A DNA stretch of 64,000 nt from an uncultured Planctomycetota bacterium (GCA_963719315.1 CAVRBU010000004.1:480001-544000), one strand, 5' to 3'; counted from the first letter of the stretch, positions 11,895 through 23,314 are shown. Notes: a model not told the origin generated them from the letters alone. Translations and numbers: made by a program.

Positions 11895-13414
11895 TCAACT
11901 ACGCAAATGGTTTCAAATGTCGGATCGCTCGCGTACGGATTCGCTCCCGCCGCCAGCAACTGCTGACACACGTCGAGCACCTCCCGCGTCACGACCTCGC
12001 CCGGCATCAACAGTGGTATGCCCGGCGGATAAAACATAACCATTTCGGCACAGGTTCGGCCAGCGGCCACCTTTCGATCGACCAACGTTTGCCGGGCGAG
12101 CGCCGCCTCCCGCGGCGCCATCGCCAACGGCGGAATCGGCGGCTGCAGCAGGTGGGTTGAGATTCGAGGGTCGAGGGTCGAGTGCTGGAAATCTGACCCT
12201 CGACGCTCGACCCTCAAACCTCGACCACTCACGTCCCGCAACCCCGCCAGCAACCTCCCCCTTGCCCCCGCGTCGTCCCTCGGACTCAAAATATAGACCA
12301 CGCTAAACTGGTCCGCCATTTCATCTTCGACTTTGAATTCCGTCCGTAGATGGCGTTCCACTTCATAGCCGGTCCAGCCCGTGCCGCTCACGTTTACGAC
12401 CAGCCGCAACGGATCCTGGCGATGCCCAATCAACCGTGGATCGTTTTCGACACGAAACACGCGTAGTCCCGGTATTGCATCGATCTCGTCGGCCAGCCGC
12501 TGTGCCTCGTCTACGGCCAACGCGAACAGCGCCCGCCCTTCCCGCCACAACCACCGCCGCATTACATCGAGCGACGCAAGCATCAAATAATTCGGGCTGG
12601 TCGTCTGGAGAAAGTTTAACGCGTGCTGAACGTCTTCCGCCGGCACCAACGACTTGCGACCAACATGCAACTGTGCCGAGCCGACGAGCGAGCCCAGCGT
12701 CTTGTGGCAACTCTGCACGGCAAGATCCGCGCCCGACTCTAGCGCCGAAGTCGGCGCGCCCGGCGGCAACAAGCAAAAATGACCGCCGTGCGCCTCGTCC
12801 ACAATAAATGGCACGCCGCGCGCATGGCAATCGTCGGCGACTTCCTTTAGCTCGCGGGCCAACCCGTAGTAGCTCGGCCGCGTGAGAAGCAAGGCCGCCG
12901 GTTTTGGCTCCGCATCCAACGATTTGGCAACGGCCTCGGGCGACACTCCCAACGCCCCGCATTCCGCCAGCACATCGTGCGGCACGAACCGCGGCAGCGC
13001 CCCGGATAGCACCAGCCCCGCCACGACCGAGCGATGGATATTCCTCGGCAGCATCACGGTTCCACCCGGCGGCACCGCCGCCAGCAACGAAGTGGCAACG
13101 CCCAGCGTCGATCCGGCCGTCAGATAGAACGTCGCCCCCGCGCCGAACAAGTCGGCCGCCAGCGCCTGCGCATCGCGCACACAACCGGTGGGGTGAAACG
13201 AATTGTCGGTCGCCGTCATAGCCGGCAAGTCGAGCGCGAGGCCCGACTTGCCGACTAGTTCGGTAAGTTCCGGGGCGGCAAAGCGGCCGCCCTTGTGACC
13301 GGGTGTGTGGAAGCCATAAATGCCGGAGCCGACATAGTTCGTGAGCGTCTCGTAGATCGGAGCCCGCTCATGATCGACTTCGGCAGGCTCAGTCCGGAGG
13401 AATCGCTCCGTCAC
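11891..13414 (-). CDS. PLP-dependent Orn/Lys/Arg decarboxylase (fold type I, wing-less type)
   Basis: FHTPGHKGG, RNIHRS, VDEAHG, QSCHKT (PLP lysine), TTSPNY, YPPGIPLLMPGE. Confidence 0.9.
   Translation of the reverse strand: MTERFLRTEPAEVDHERAPIYETLTNYVGSGIYGFHTPGHKGGRFAAPELTELVGKSGLALDLPAMTATDNSFHPTGCVRDAQALAADLFGAGATFYLTAGSTLGVATSLLAAVPPGGTVMLPRNIHRSVVAGLVLSGALPRFVPHDVLAECGALGVSPEAVAKSLDAEPKPAALLLTRPSYYGLARELKEVADDCHARGVPFIVDEAHGGHFCLLPPGAPTSALESGADLAVQSCHKTLGSLVGSAQLHVGRKSLVPAEDVQHALNFLQTTSPNYLMLASLDVMRRWLWREGRALFALAVDEAQRLADEIDAIPGLRVFRVENDPRLIGHRQDPLRLVVNVSGTGWTGYEVERHLRTEFKVEDEMADQFSVVYILSPRDDAGARGRLLAGLRDVSGRGLRVERRGSDFQHSTLDPRISTHLLQPPIPPLAMAPREAALARQTLVDRKVAAGRTCAEMVMFYPPGIPLLMPGEVVTREVLDVCQQLLAAGANPYASDPTFETICVVE
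12152..12230. repeat. Heptamer tandem inverted repeat inserted in-frame in the decarboxylase
   Basis: TTCGAGGGTCGAGGGTCGAGTG ... CCCTCGACGCTCGACCCTCAAACCTCGACC; translates as SGRGLRVERRGSDFQHSTLDPRISTH. Confidence 0.8.
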
Positions 13415-14858
13415 TTTCCGCCAACCTCCACCAATAGTGCCGAACCATTCTGCTCAGCGGCAGCGGCCTTCGAGCGCTTGCTCTTGCCATTGCCATTTAA
13501 ATGACCATTCTTGGCATGCCCGTTCGTTTCGACGATCGCCGAAACTCGCTCCACCCGCAGCGGCTGCATCGGCCGGGCAATCGTTGCCGGAGCAACGCCC
13601 GCCTTCATGGCCGACAGAATGCCCGCCGCCTCGTAGTAATTCGAGGCATAGTGCAACTGGCCAGCCCGGAACGGCAGCGAACGCAAATCGTTCCGCATCA
13701 GGTTCGTATTGCTGCGAACCGCGACGACCGGAATCCCCTGCTCCACCGCGGCCAGCGTCGGCAAACCAACGCAGCCATCGGGAATCACGAGGGCTGAAAT
13801 GTCTTCAGCGCAAATGACCGACGGATCGTACACACCCGACGGCCCCACGAGCACTTGCGGCGCCCGGTTGAGGCCCTTCAGCACGCAGAACAAGTAGGTG
13901 GTCGAGATCACCTCGGCCGCCTTCCGCGGATCGACGACGCCCCACTTTTCGGTCCGCAGCGCTTCGCTGCTCATCGTCGGCGCGTGGGCGGCCGGCACAT
14001 CCAGCACCGACGACACCAGGTGCGTCAGAATCGCTTCGACGCCGCCCCAGGGGTTGGGGCCGCCTTCGCCAAAGTACGCTCGGTGCAACTCGACCGTGTC
14101 GATGTGGGGCGTGATCCGGGTCGCCAGGGCGACGGCATCATACGTCCCGCGACGATCTCGCAGGATATCGAGCAGGTGCCCCAACCGCTCCACGCGGCCC
14201 GTCACGCGCCCCGAATCCGAAACGCCCGTCTGCATGAACAGCTCTTGCTCGAGCACGATCACGTCGCTGATGTCCATACCCAGCGTCGCCCGGCGCCTTC
14301 CGCGCAGTTGATCGTCTGATCGACCACGTTCGGAGCGTCGTGTCGATTCTCGGTCACGAGCAGCACGCGGTTCTGGCGGACTTTGCGCAGTCCAGCCGTG
14401 CCCATCAGCAGCCGGCAGATGATGCTGCCTTCCACGTACAGGCTGTTCTCGGTCTGCTCGTTGACGTCCGAGGCGTTGACCACGTTCGGATGCAGCACGA
14501 GCTGATCGCACACATTCGCCAGCAGCCGGGCGGCCGGCGTGGCATCGCCCGCATGACCGCCTATCGCGCAATCGACGCCCGTCGGGATCAACATCACGGC
14601 GTTGAACGCGTTGGTCCGCGCCAGCCGGCGCTGCCGGTATTCGAACACGTTGGCTTCGGTGTCGTCCGAGCCATAGATCTTGGGCTCCACCGCTTCGATT
14701 TCGCACTGGTGGCCAGCCCGCGTCTTGCTCGTAACTGCCACGCGCACCGGCGTCGCATCCGCCCCAAACGCTGCATCCGCGGCATCTTTGAGGGTGGCGA
14801 TCGGCGAGCGACCATTGAGCAATTGACGAACGGTGATTTGTTGGGAGGAAACTTTCAT
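13411..14858 (-). CDS. DUF3326 family protein (apparent frameshift near 14290)
   Basis: LIPTGVDCAIGGHAGDATPAARLL...LHPNVVNASD in 14259..14858; NPWGGVEAILTHLVS, VDPRKAAE, YEAAGIL in 13411..14706; AGGAG upstream. Confidence 0.8.
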
Positions 14859-15569
14859 CCTATGCAGGGCTCCTAAAAGAAGAATTGTTCCAAACGTGCG
14901 AGCCGGGCGATGCTTATGAAAGCTCGACCCCGCTCAGGGAGCGTCTCGGCTGGAGATCGACTGTTGGTCGCAAGTGCCTTCCGGCTTCCTGCAGGAATGC
15001 GAAATCAGCGTTGACCAAAGAGCAAACGAGATGGCCGCCGGCAAACGCGCGGCAGCCCCAGGTCAGAAAGAGCCGTCATCCACAAAATGACAGACTCTGT
15101 GGTGAGAAACTCAACGACGGATATGGTCGCGCCAGCCGCTTAAGCATGGCGCCACCGGAATGTGAAGCACTTCCCAAGTCAGCGACGGACGCCGAAACGG
15201 GCGGGACGACCGCAAGCGGCGCCGCAGCTTCAACATTCCCATGGTTAGAGCAAATATCAAGTTCTTAACCCCGTAGGTCAGGCTTGAGCCCGACATGTTT
15301 CTGCAATCGTCAGGCGGAAGCCTGACCTACATCGGCGATTTCGTCGCGACAACTTCGACAATACTTCGCGCTGGCAAATTCTACAATGCCTCGCCTGCGA
15401 GTAAATACCGATTTTCCCCACAAACAGAAAAAACGCGCGCCAGCAAAAAATTTCCCACGCCGCTTGATGGCCCGCACTCGATATTGGATGCTCGTTGTGT
15501 CGTTGCCCCCCCACTCCCCACTTACACCTTACGACTTACACCTTTATACCTCTCTATACCTCTGCCACC

Positions 15570-16534
15570 ATGAAACTCCTCCGCTTTGGCCCACCCAACC
15601 AAGAACAGCCCGGCATCCTCGACGCCGCCGGCAACATCCGTAGCCTCGCCGGCATCATCGACGGCCTTGCCGGCGACGCTCTCTCTCCCGCCTCTCTCGA
15701 CCGGCTCCGCGCCCTCGACCTGGAGAAACTGCCGATAGTCGCGAGTGGCGAGGAACGAGGAGTGAGCCATGAAGACAGCTCTCCTCACTCGCCCCCCTCC
15801 CGCCACTCGCCCCCCACTCCTCGCCACTCGCCCCCCACTCCTCGCCGCTCGCTCCTCACCCCTCACTCTCCCCCCGCCTCGGCCCTCCCGTCGCCCGCGT
15901 GGGCAAAATCATGTGCATCGGCCTCAATTACTCCGAACACGCCGCCGAAACCGGCGCCGCCCTCCCCGCCGAACCCATCCTCTTCATGAAGGCCACCAGC
16001 GCCATCGTCGGCCCCAACGACGACATCCGCATCCCCCGCGGCTCTCAGCAAACTGATTGGGAGGTCGAGCTAGGCGTCGTCATCGGCACCCAGGCGAAGT
16101 ACGTAAGCGAGGCAGACGCCCTAAACTATGTCGCCGGCTACTGCGTCTCGCACGACATCAGCGAACGCTCGTTCCAAAAAGACCGCGGCGGCCAATGGAC
16201 CAAAGGCAAAAGCTGCGACACCTTTGGCCCCCTTGGCCCGTGGCTCGTCACCGCCGACGAAATCCCGGACCCGCAAAACCTCAAGCTCTGGCTCGAAGTC
16301 GACGGCCAGCGCCGCCAGAACGGTTCGACCCGCACGATGATCTTCGGCGTCAAAAAACTCGTCAGCTACCTCAGCGAGTTCTTCACCCTCCACCCCGGCG
16401 ACATCATTTCCACCGGCACCCCCTCCGGCGTCGGCCTCGGCATGAAGCCCCCCACCTTCCTCCGCCCCGGCCAAACCATCCGCCTCAGCGTCGAAGGCCT
16501 CGGCGAACAACAACAACGCACGGTCGAAGACTAA
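15570..16534 (+). CDS. Fumarylacetoacetate hydrolase family protein with an internal repeat insertion and a frameshift in C-runs near 15870
   Basis: MKLLRFG N-terminus; GKIMCIGLNYSEH, DWEVELGVVIG, GKSCDTFGPLGP, GDIISTGTPSGVG. Confidence 0.85.
15738..15870. repeat. Heptamer tandem inverted repeat inside the FAH gene
   Basis: GAGTGGCGAGGAACGAGGAGTGAG ... CTCCTCACTCG, CGCCACTCGCCCCCCACTCCT x2, CTCCTCACCCCTCACTC. Confidence 0.8.
16425..16532 (+). repeat. 108-bp direct repeat, copy 1 (FAH 3' end)
   Basis: Matches 23315..23422 with 7 mismatches counted by eye. Confidence 0.9.
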
Positions 16535-16575
16535 GTTCTTGCCCCTAACTGCTGGCACTGGTTCGATCACGTCCG

Positions 16576-17916
16576 CTATTTAGTTAGCGCGATTACTTCC
16601 ACTGCCTGGCCGGGCATTAACGACTCAGTATGAATTAGCACAATCTGGTTTACACCGTCGAGGCCCTTGAGAACCTCCACGTCCTGGCCGCTACGGATCC
16701 CGAGCTGCACGGAGCGTCGCTCGACTTTTCCGTTTTCAACGCTGTAGCAAAACGTGGCATTGCCGTCGTAGATGATCGCCGTAGCCGGGATTGTGAGCGC
16801 GTTTTCCCGGCGTGCCATTTCGATCGTGCCTGTCGCGTACATGCCAGGCCGCAAGCGAGCTCCGTCGTTTGGAACATCGATTTCCGCACGGAGTGACCGG
16901 TTCACAGGGTTGAGCGACCAGCTGGTTCGCGTAACCGGGAAGGCCTTGTCGCTGCCGGGCATCGCTTGAATGTGAATTACGGCCGGGTCGCCAACATCGA
17001 TGCCAGCGGCTTCCAACTCGGGAATCTCGACATATACACGAACCTTGTCAATTCGGGCGACAATCATCAGCGGTGACGCACTACTCGCGGCAGGCTGCAC
17101 GAAATGCCCTGTATCGACCGCGCGTTTGGTAATTACTCCATCGTAGGGGGAGCGAATCGTAGCGTAATCGAGCATAGTTTTGGCATGGTCTAAATCGGCT
17201 TTGGCGACGGCCAGATGGGCATCGCTGGCGACGCGGTCGGCCTCCGCTTTCGCAACATTGGCCTGAGCCTGGCGGGCGGCAGCCTCTGCCGACTGAATCG
17301 CGGCACTTGCGGCTTCGCGCGACGCTTCTGCCGCGTAAAATTGATTCAATGTCTCATCGGCGAGTTTCTGAGTGACCGAGCCGTTGCCCGCAAGCTCTTT
17401 AATGCGCTCGTACTCGCCCTCCCAACGTTCATATTCGCCGGCGGCGCGGGTTGCGCCGGCTTTGGCCTCTGCGATCTTGGCAGTGGCGGTTTCCACGGCG
17501 GCTTTTGCGGCTGTGACTTTCGCTTCGGCTTGTTTTAGTTCAGCTTCGGCCTGGGAGACGAGAGCGGTTTTCTGATGAACATCGTCCCCGAGTTCCGGCA
17601 CCCTGAGCGTCACGAGCGTTTGGTTCTTGCTAACTTTGTCGCCGATATCGACATGTACCTGGTCCACGTAGCCGGAAATCTTGGACAGCAGCGGCGTCTC
17701 CTCAAATGCCTCGATCCGAGCGGGCTGCGAGGTTTTCGCAATGAGTGTCTGGCGCTGCGGTTTGCCGACAGTCACGCGGGTGACAAACGTCGCCTTCGGC
17801 GCCTCGGCAGACGTAATCGGCGTTTTGGCAGACCGATTGCATCCGCCAACGGCAAGTAGCGCCAACATTCCGCTAAGTGCGGCACTTGCCACGCCAATTC
17901 TGTGCTTATTCATCAT
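16576..17916 (-). CDS. RND efflux periplasmic adaptor (membrane fusion protein)
   Basis: Lipoprotein-like N-terminus; SKISGYVDQVHVDIGDKV, coiled coil, IRSPYDGVI, LRPGMYA. Confidence 0.9.
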   Translation of the reverse strand: MMNKHRIGVASAALSGMLALLAVGGCNRSAKTPITSAEAPKATFVTRVTVGKPQRQTLIAKTSQPARIEAFEETPLLSKISGYVDQVHVDIGDKVSKNQTLVTLRVPELGDDVHQKTALVSQAEAELKQAEAKVTAAKAAVETATAKIAEAKAGATRAAGEYERWEGEYERIKELAGNGSVTQKLADETLNQFYAAEASREAASAAIQSAEAAARQAQANVAKAEADRVASDAHLAVAKADLDHAKTMLDYATIRSPYDGVITKRAVDTGHFVQPAASSASPLMIVARIDKVRVYVEIPELEAAGIDVGDPAVIHIQAMPGSDKAFPVTRTSWSLNPVNRSLRAEIDVPNDGARLRPGMYATGTIEMARRENALTIPATAIIYDGNATFCYSVENGKVERRSVQLGIRSGQDVEVLKGLDGVNQIVLIHTESLMPGQAVEVIALTK

Positions 17917-17918
17917 AG

Positions 17919-20900
17919 TTAAGGTGCCGTTGCGGATTGGAAATATGAGCTTCGTGTGTCGTCGGGATCGAGTGAAGGCGATTCAAAGCTGGCTCGCGCT
18001 TGCACCATCGTAAATACGGTCGGCAGCACAAGCAGCGTGGCAGCTGTAGCGGCGAGGAGGCCCCCGATCACTGCCCGCCCGAGCGGTGCGTTCTGCTGGC
18101 TGGATTCACCGAACGCCAGTGCCATCGGCAACATGCCGGCGATCATCGCGCAACTGGTCATCAGGATGGCTCGCAGTCGGCTGACAGCGCCGGTGGTCGC
18201 GGCCTCACTGGTGGGCAAGCCTTCGCGTCGGCGTTGTTCGGCGAACGTAACCAACAAGATAGCGTTGGCCATGGCGACGCCAATCGCCATGATCGCGCCG
18301 ATGAACGACTGAATGTTCAGCGTGGTCCCAGTGAACAGCAGCATCAATGCCACGCCCGCCACGACGGCCGGCACTGTTGACACCGTGATCAGTGCCAACC
18401 GCACGGACTGGAAATTGGCCGTCAGAAGCAAGAAGACTGCAACCACGGCCAGGCCCAGGCCGATCGCGAGTCCCGATTGCATTTCGCGCATCGGCGGAAT
18501 TTGTCCGCGCGTCTCGACCTGCACTCCGGTGGGCGGTGCGCGGCCCGCGCGAGCGCCCGATCGACTTCCCGAGATACGGTTGCCAGGTCAGCGTTGGAGA
18601 CATTCGCGGTCAGCGTGATTTGTCGTCGCATGTTGTAACGGTCATACTGACCAGGCATCGTGCCAGTGTGAAGCTCGGCCACATCGCCGATCAGAATCTG
18701 TCCGTGTTCCATTCGTTTCAATGGAATCTGTGCTAAGTCTTCCGCGGAACCAACGGTGTTTGTGTTGTCCGGCTTGCGAAGAATGGACCGCGGGATTTCG
18801 ACTTGCACTTGGTAGGCGATGCCACTCTTGGGGTCAGCCCAAAAATTCGGAACCACGAATCGGCTGGAAGAGGTCGCCGTCACAAGGGCGCGTGAAACGT
18901 CGACTGGCTCAAGTCCGGCGAGGCCTGCCTTCTCCCGATCCACATTCACCTCGATCGTCGGATAGTCGAGCGATTGTCCGACTTGCAAATCGCGCAGAAA
19001 CGGAATCTCCGCCAACTCTTGCCGCACCTTCTCGGCGTACTGGCGGTCATCGGCAAAGGCCGGCCCGCTGACGGCGATCTCGACGGGAGTCGGTGAACCA
19101 AAGCTCATCACATCGTTGACGATATCGGACGGCTCGAAAGAGAAACGCACCTCGGGCATGGCAGCCGACAAACGCTCGCGCAATCGTTCCTTCAGCTCTT
19201 CGTCTCGAACGTGGAGTCGCTTGTTCAGGCCCACGTAGAGAATGACTTCTTCCGGCCCACGCGACCATTGATAGACAGCGTTTACCGGAAAGTTCGAGTG
19301 GATCATCCCAACGTAGCCGAGCGTGAGATCGACGTTCTCCGCGCCAACTTCTTGATCGATTAACTGCAGCGCTTGCTTGGCGTATTGCTCCGTGCGGGCA
19401 ATATGGGTGCCGTCCGGCGCCCGCATCCGCAGACGAAACTGTCCCGCATCGACAACGGGAAAGATGCCGCGGCCTAGGAACATTCCGGCCACCGCGATCA
19501 CGAAGATGCTTCCGGCGAGGTAAGAACCGATTAACTTCCAGCGCCAGGAAATGGCCCGAGTCAGTAACCGTTGGTACCGACTGCGCAGCCGGTCGAACAG
19601 GAGTGGTCCGCCTCCGTCCCGACCGCCATGCTTTTGCTTAAGTAGCCAAATGCAAAGCACGGGTACGAATGTGCTGGACAATAGGTAGGAAGCCAGCATC
19701 GCAAATCCCACCGACAGCGACAACGGCACGAACAAGGAGCGCGCTGCCCCCTGCATGAAAAAGGACGACACGAACACGGCCAGGATGCACAGCATCGCTA
19801 GCAGTCGCGGTACAGAGGTTTCAGCGGACCCATCCAATACGGCCCGGGCCAACGGCTGGCCTCGTTGCAAGTGAGCGTGAATGTTTTCGATCGCTACCGT
19901 GGCTTCATCCACGAGTATGCCGATGGCCAATGCCAACCCACCGAGCGTCATTAAGTTAATCGTCTGCCCCGTAAGCCACAGCGCGAGCACGGCAGTCATG
20001 AGTGCCAAAGGTATATTGAGCACGACGACCAGAGCGCTCCGCCAGTCGCGCAGAAAGAGCAGGATCATCACGCCCACAAGTACAGCACCCAAGATCCCTT
20101 CGGTCACCACACCGCCTACGGCGCGAGTAACGTAAGGCGACTGGTCGAACTCGAAGTGAACATCGATTCCTTCGCCTTCTTTACCCAAGGCGTCCTTCAT
20201 CTTGGGTAGCGCCTCTTTGATGTTTTTGATGACACTTAGCGTCGAGGCGTCGGAGCGCTTCGTGGCCAAGATATACACGGCCCGCCGGCCATTGGCGAAC
20301 GCGTAACCGGCGGGTGCGTCAACAGAGTCTTGGATGGTTCCCACGTCTCGGATGTACACGGGTGACTCACCGGTCCGAATGGGGATGGTCCCCAATTGTT
20401 TGACGTCGCGAACGACCGAATTCACCGGTACGATCGGGAATTTGTCGCCGACCGGAATATTGCCGGAGGGACTGATAGAATTTCCCCGGACGAGCGCCGT
20501 GGTGACTTCGTCCGGTGACATGCCGTAGGACTGTAGGCGCTGCGGATCGAGCGTGACGACGACGCTGCGCGCCTGCCGCCAAACGGTGGTGGCGCGGACA
20601 CACCGGGCAACGTCGAAAACATCGGTCGCACGCGAAACAGCGCCAAATCCTGAATCTCGGCGATTGATCGCGTGTCGCTGGACAGCACAAGGTATCCCAC
20701 CGGCACGCTGCCCGTATCAAACCGCATGACGAACGGCGACACCGTGCCCGGCGGCATGAAGGCATGAGAACGATTGACGTAATTGAACGTCTCGGCCATC
20801 GCCTGGGCCATGTCGGTCCCGGGATAAAAATAGAGCTTCATCAGGGCCATGCCCTGGACGTTCCGCGACTCGACGTGGTGGATGCCGCTGATGTAGAGGA

Positions 20901-21162
20901 AGTGATACTCGTAGAAGTTAGTGATGAACCCTTCCATCTGCGCCGGATCCATGCCACCGTACGGTTGGCATACGTAAATCACCGGCAAGTTAAGGCTGGG
21001 AAAGATGTCGACTTCCATGCCCTTCGGCAGACCCGCGGGATACGGCCAACCAAGTTGTTGGAATAGCGCGCCACCAACTGCCAAAAATGAGCCAAATGCC
21101 ACGGCCACGATGAGCACCATGACCGTAAATGGGTGTCGCAAAGCAAAGCGGACGAGAACCAT
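17919..21162 (-). CDS. RND efflux permease (AcrB/CusA family); apparent frameshifts near 20575 and 18550
   Basis: [63 protein letters not shown], spread over three ORFs. Confidence 0.85.
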
Positions 21163-21409
21163 GAGGGCGAACGCAGGGGAAGTAGGCGCGAGATCGGCAG
21201 CGAGACCCAAACGCGCCAAGCGCGGCAAGAATGACGCGACCCTTACATTTTAACAGCACTGCGAGTTGGTAGCCACTTTTGATTGCGGTCGGCCGCCCGC
21301 GTTTGGGAAAAAGGCGCGAGCGGAGCCTCCACCCAACCGGCAAATCTACCGGGAATGCTAGGCGCAAAATCGCTCTCGGCGAGTTTACCGCAAAATCCGC
21401 ATAGTCCGC

Positions 21410-23065
21410 ATGACGATTGTATCTAGGGCGAACGGAATAAACGGCCGGTTGTTCGAACGCCGTCCGCACCTTTATCGGAGAAGTGGGTTGGGAGTGTCGC
21501 GCAGAATTGACTGCCGTGGAACCGTTGGGCTTCGCCGGACGATTGTCGTGGCGTTGCTCATCATTACCACTGGTTGTGCGACTTCTTCGTATCGACTCTT
21601 TCGATCGGCAGAATCTGAAGTTCCGCCGGCGGCAGGGAACCAGACCTCAGCGCCGATCCACGACATATCGCCCCCGAGTGACGTAACCCAAGCCGCCTTG
21701 ACGACATCTGCGGATTCGCTGGTAACACCAGCAGTTCACGTGGAACAGCCGCCGGAGGAAATACCGGCATTAGAAGCAACTGACTATACATACCGGTTGG
21801 ATATGTCTACGGCCCTTGCGCTCGTGGCGGGGCAAAATCCGCAAGTGGGGTACGCCCGCTGGAAGATCCGCGAGGCCTACGCCAACTTGGAACACGCCCA
21901 AGCGCTGTGGCTTCCCTCGATTCAAACGGGTGTCAGCTACCATCGCAATGAAGGAAATCTGCAGGACTCTACGGGCGCGATCCTCGATGTGAGTCGGTCA
22001 TCCCTGCAAGCAGGGTTGGGGGCGGGCGCCGTGGGCGCGGGCACGACGCCGCAGCCTGGCATCGTCGCCCAGTTCCAACTCGTGGATGCGATTTATCAGC
22101 CGGCGATTGCCCAGCGCAGCGTCTGGGCCCAAGAGCATGCCCGCGACGCCGCCCTCAATGACCAATTGCTAGAGGCCGCGGTTGCCTACCAGGAGCTCCT
22201 GCGGGCGCATCAACTTTGGGTAGTTGCGCTGCAAACGGCCGGCGGCAGTCAGGAATTGGTTCGACTGACGACAGCCTACGCAAACGCGGGGCAAGGTACT
22301 CGCGCCGATGCCGATCGCTCACTCGCCGAACTGGCCTTGCGGAAAAACAACGTCGCTCGCAGCGAAGAGGCAGTCGCCGTAGCTTCGGCTCGGCTGGCGC
22401 AGGTGCTCAGCGTCCGTGGCATCAACGAAATTGTGCCGGTGGAGGACACCATCGTGCCGATCGACTTGGCCGCGGCCGGCGCCCCGCAAGATAATCTCGC
22501 GATGGCGCTCGCGAACCGGCCTGAGCTGAAGGAAAGTCACGACCTAGTGGCAGAGGCCTGCGAGCGATTGCGCCGCGAACGCTACGCTCCATTGATGCCA
22601 AGCGTGCTTTTGGGCGCATCGTATGGCGGCTTCGGCGGCGGCATGGGCGACACCGTCGCCGACTTCAACGACCGCATCGACTTCGACGCAATGGCCATTT
22701 GGCAGATTCGCAACTTGGGATACGGCGAGAAGGCGGCGCGCCAGGCGGCAAGCGCCCGATTACAGCAGGAGACGATGCGTCAGGTCCGTGTGATGGATAC
22801 GATCGCCCGCGAAGTTGCGGAAGCGGAGGTTCGCGTTCGCACGCGCTTCGGCCGCATTGCGACTGCCCAGTCCGGAGTTCAATTCTCCCGAGAATCGTTC
22901 GATCACAATTTCACGCGCATTCGTGAAGGCCAAGGCTTACCGATTGAGGTGCTACAAGCGATTCAATCGCTCGACATAAATCAGCGCGAACTTGTAGATG
23001 CGACGGCCGACTACAATATCGCCCAGTTCCAATTTCAGCGGGCACTTGGTTGGCCGGTACAGTAA
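21410..23065 (+). CDS. TolC family outer-membrane efflux protein (true start probably downstream)
   Basis: Lipobox-like LIITTGC; two helical repeats with NRPEL and EVLQAIQSL...FQRALG. Confidence 0.8.
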   Translation: MTIVSRANGINGRLFERRPHLYRRSGLGVSRRIDCRGTVGLRRTIVVALLIITTGCATSSYRLFRSAESEVPPAAGNQTSAPIHDISPPSDVTQAALTTSADSLVTPAVHVEQPPEEIPALEATDYTYRLDMSTALALVAGQNPQVGYARWKIREAYANLEHAQALWLPSIQTGVSYHRNEGNLQDSTGAILDVSRSSLQAGLGAGAVGAGTTPQPGIVAQFQLVDAIYQPAIAQRSVWAQEHARDAALNDQLLEAAVAYQELLRAHQLWVVALQTAGGSQELVRLTTAYANAGQGTRADADRSLAELALRKNNVARSEEAVAVASARLAQVLSVRGINEIVPVEDTIVPIDLAAAGAPQDNLAMALANRPELKESHDLVAEACERLRRERYAPLMPSVLLGASYGGFGGGMGDTVADFNDRIDFDAMAIWQIRNLGYGEKAARQAASARLQQETMRQVRVMDTIAREVAEAEVRVRTRFGRIATAQSGVQFSRESFDHNFTRIREGQGLPIEVLQAIQSLDINQRELVDATADYNIAQFQFQRALGWPVQ

Positions 23066-23314
23066 CGGATAGCGGCAAACAACTCGGCCGCAATCAACCG
23101 GTTGCACCATCGCCGTACGGCACAGCCATCATCTTGTCTTGATGGCTAAAAATTCTTGCTGAAATTGGCCGGCCAATCTGCTACGTTTAACCATGCCAAA
23201 GTCCACTCGTACTTTGAAAATCTAGTAGAAGCTGGTGGCTATTAGCCATTAGCTGTTAGCCAGATGGGCTGACGCTGCGCATCAGTGGACCGAGTCCTCC
23301 TTCCCCACTCTCCA

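Noticed and set aside
15100..15260. Cobalamin or SAM riboswitch in the DUF3326 leader
   Set aside because: Only scattered GGGAA words; conserved core elements not found by eye
23197..23216. CAAAGT-N8-ACTTTG palindrome as a dif or recombination site at the cassette edge
   Set aside because: Too short and does not match the XerCD dif consensus; no partner site found
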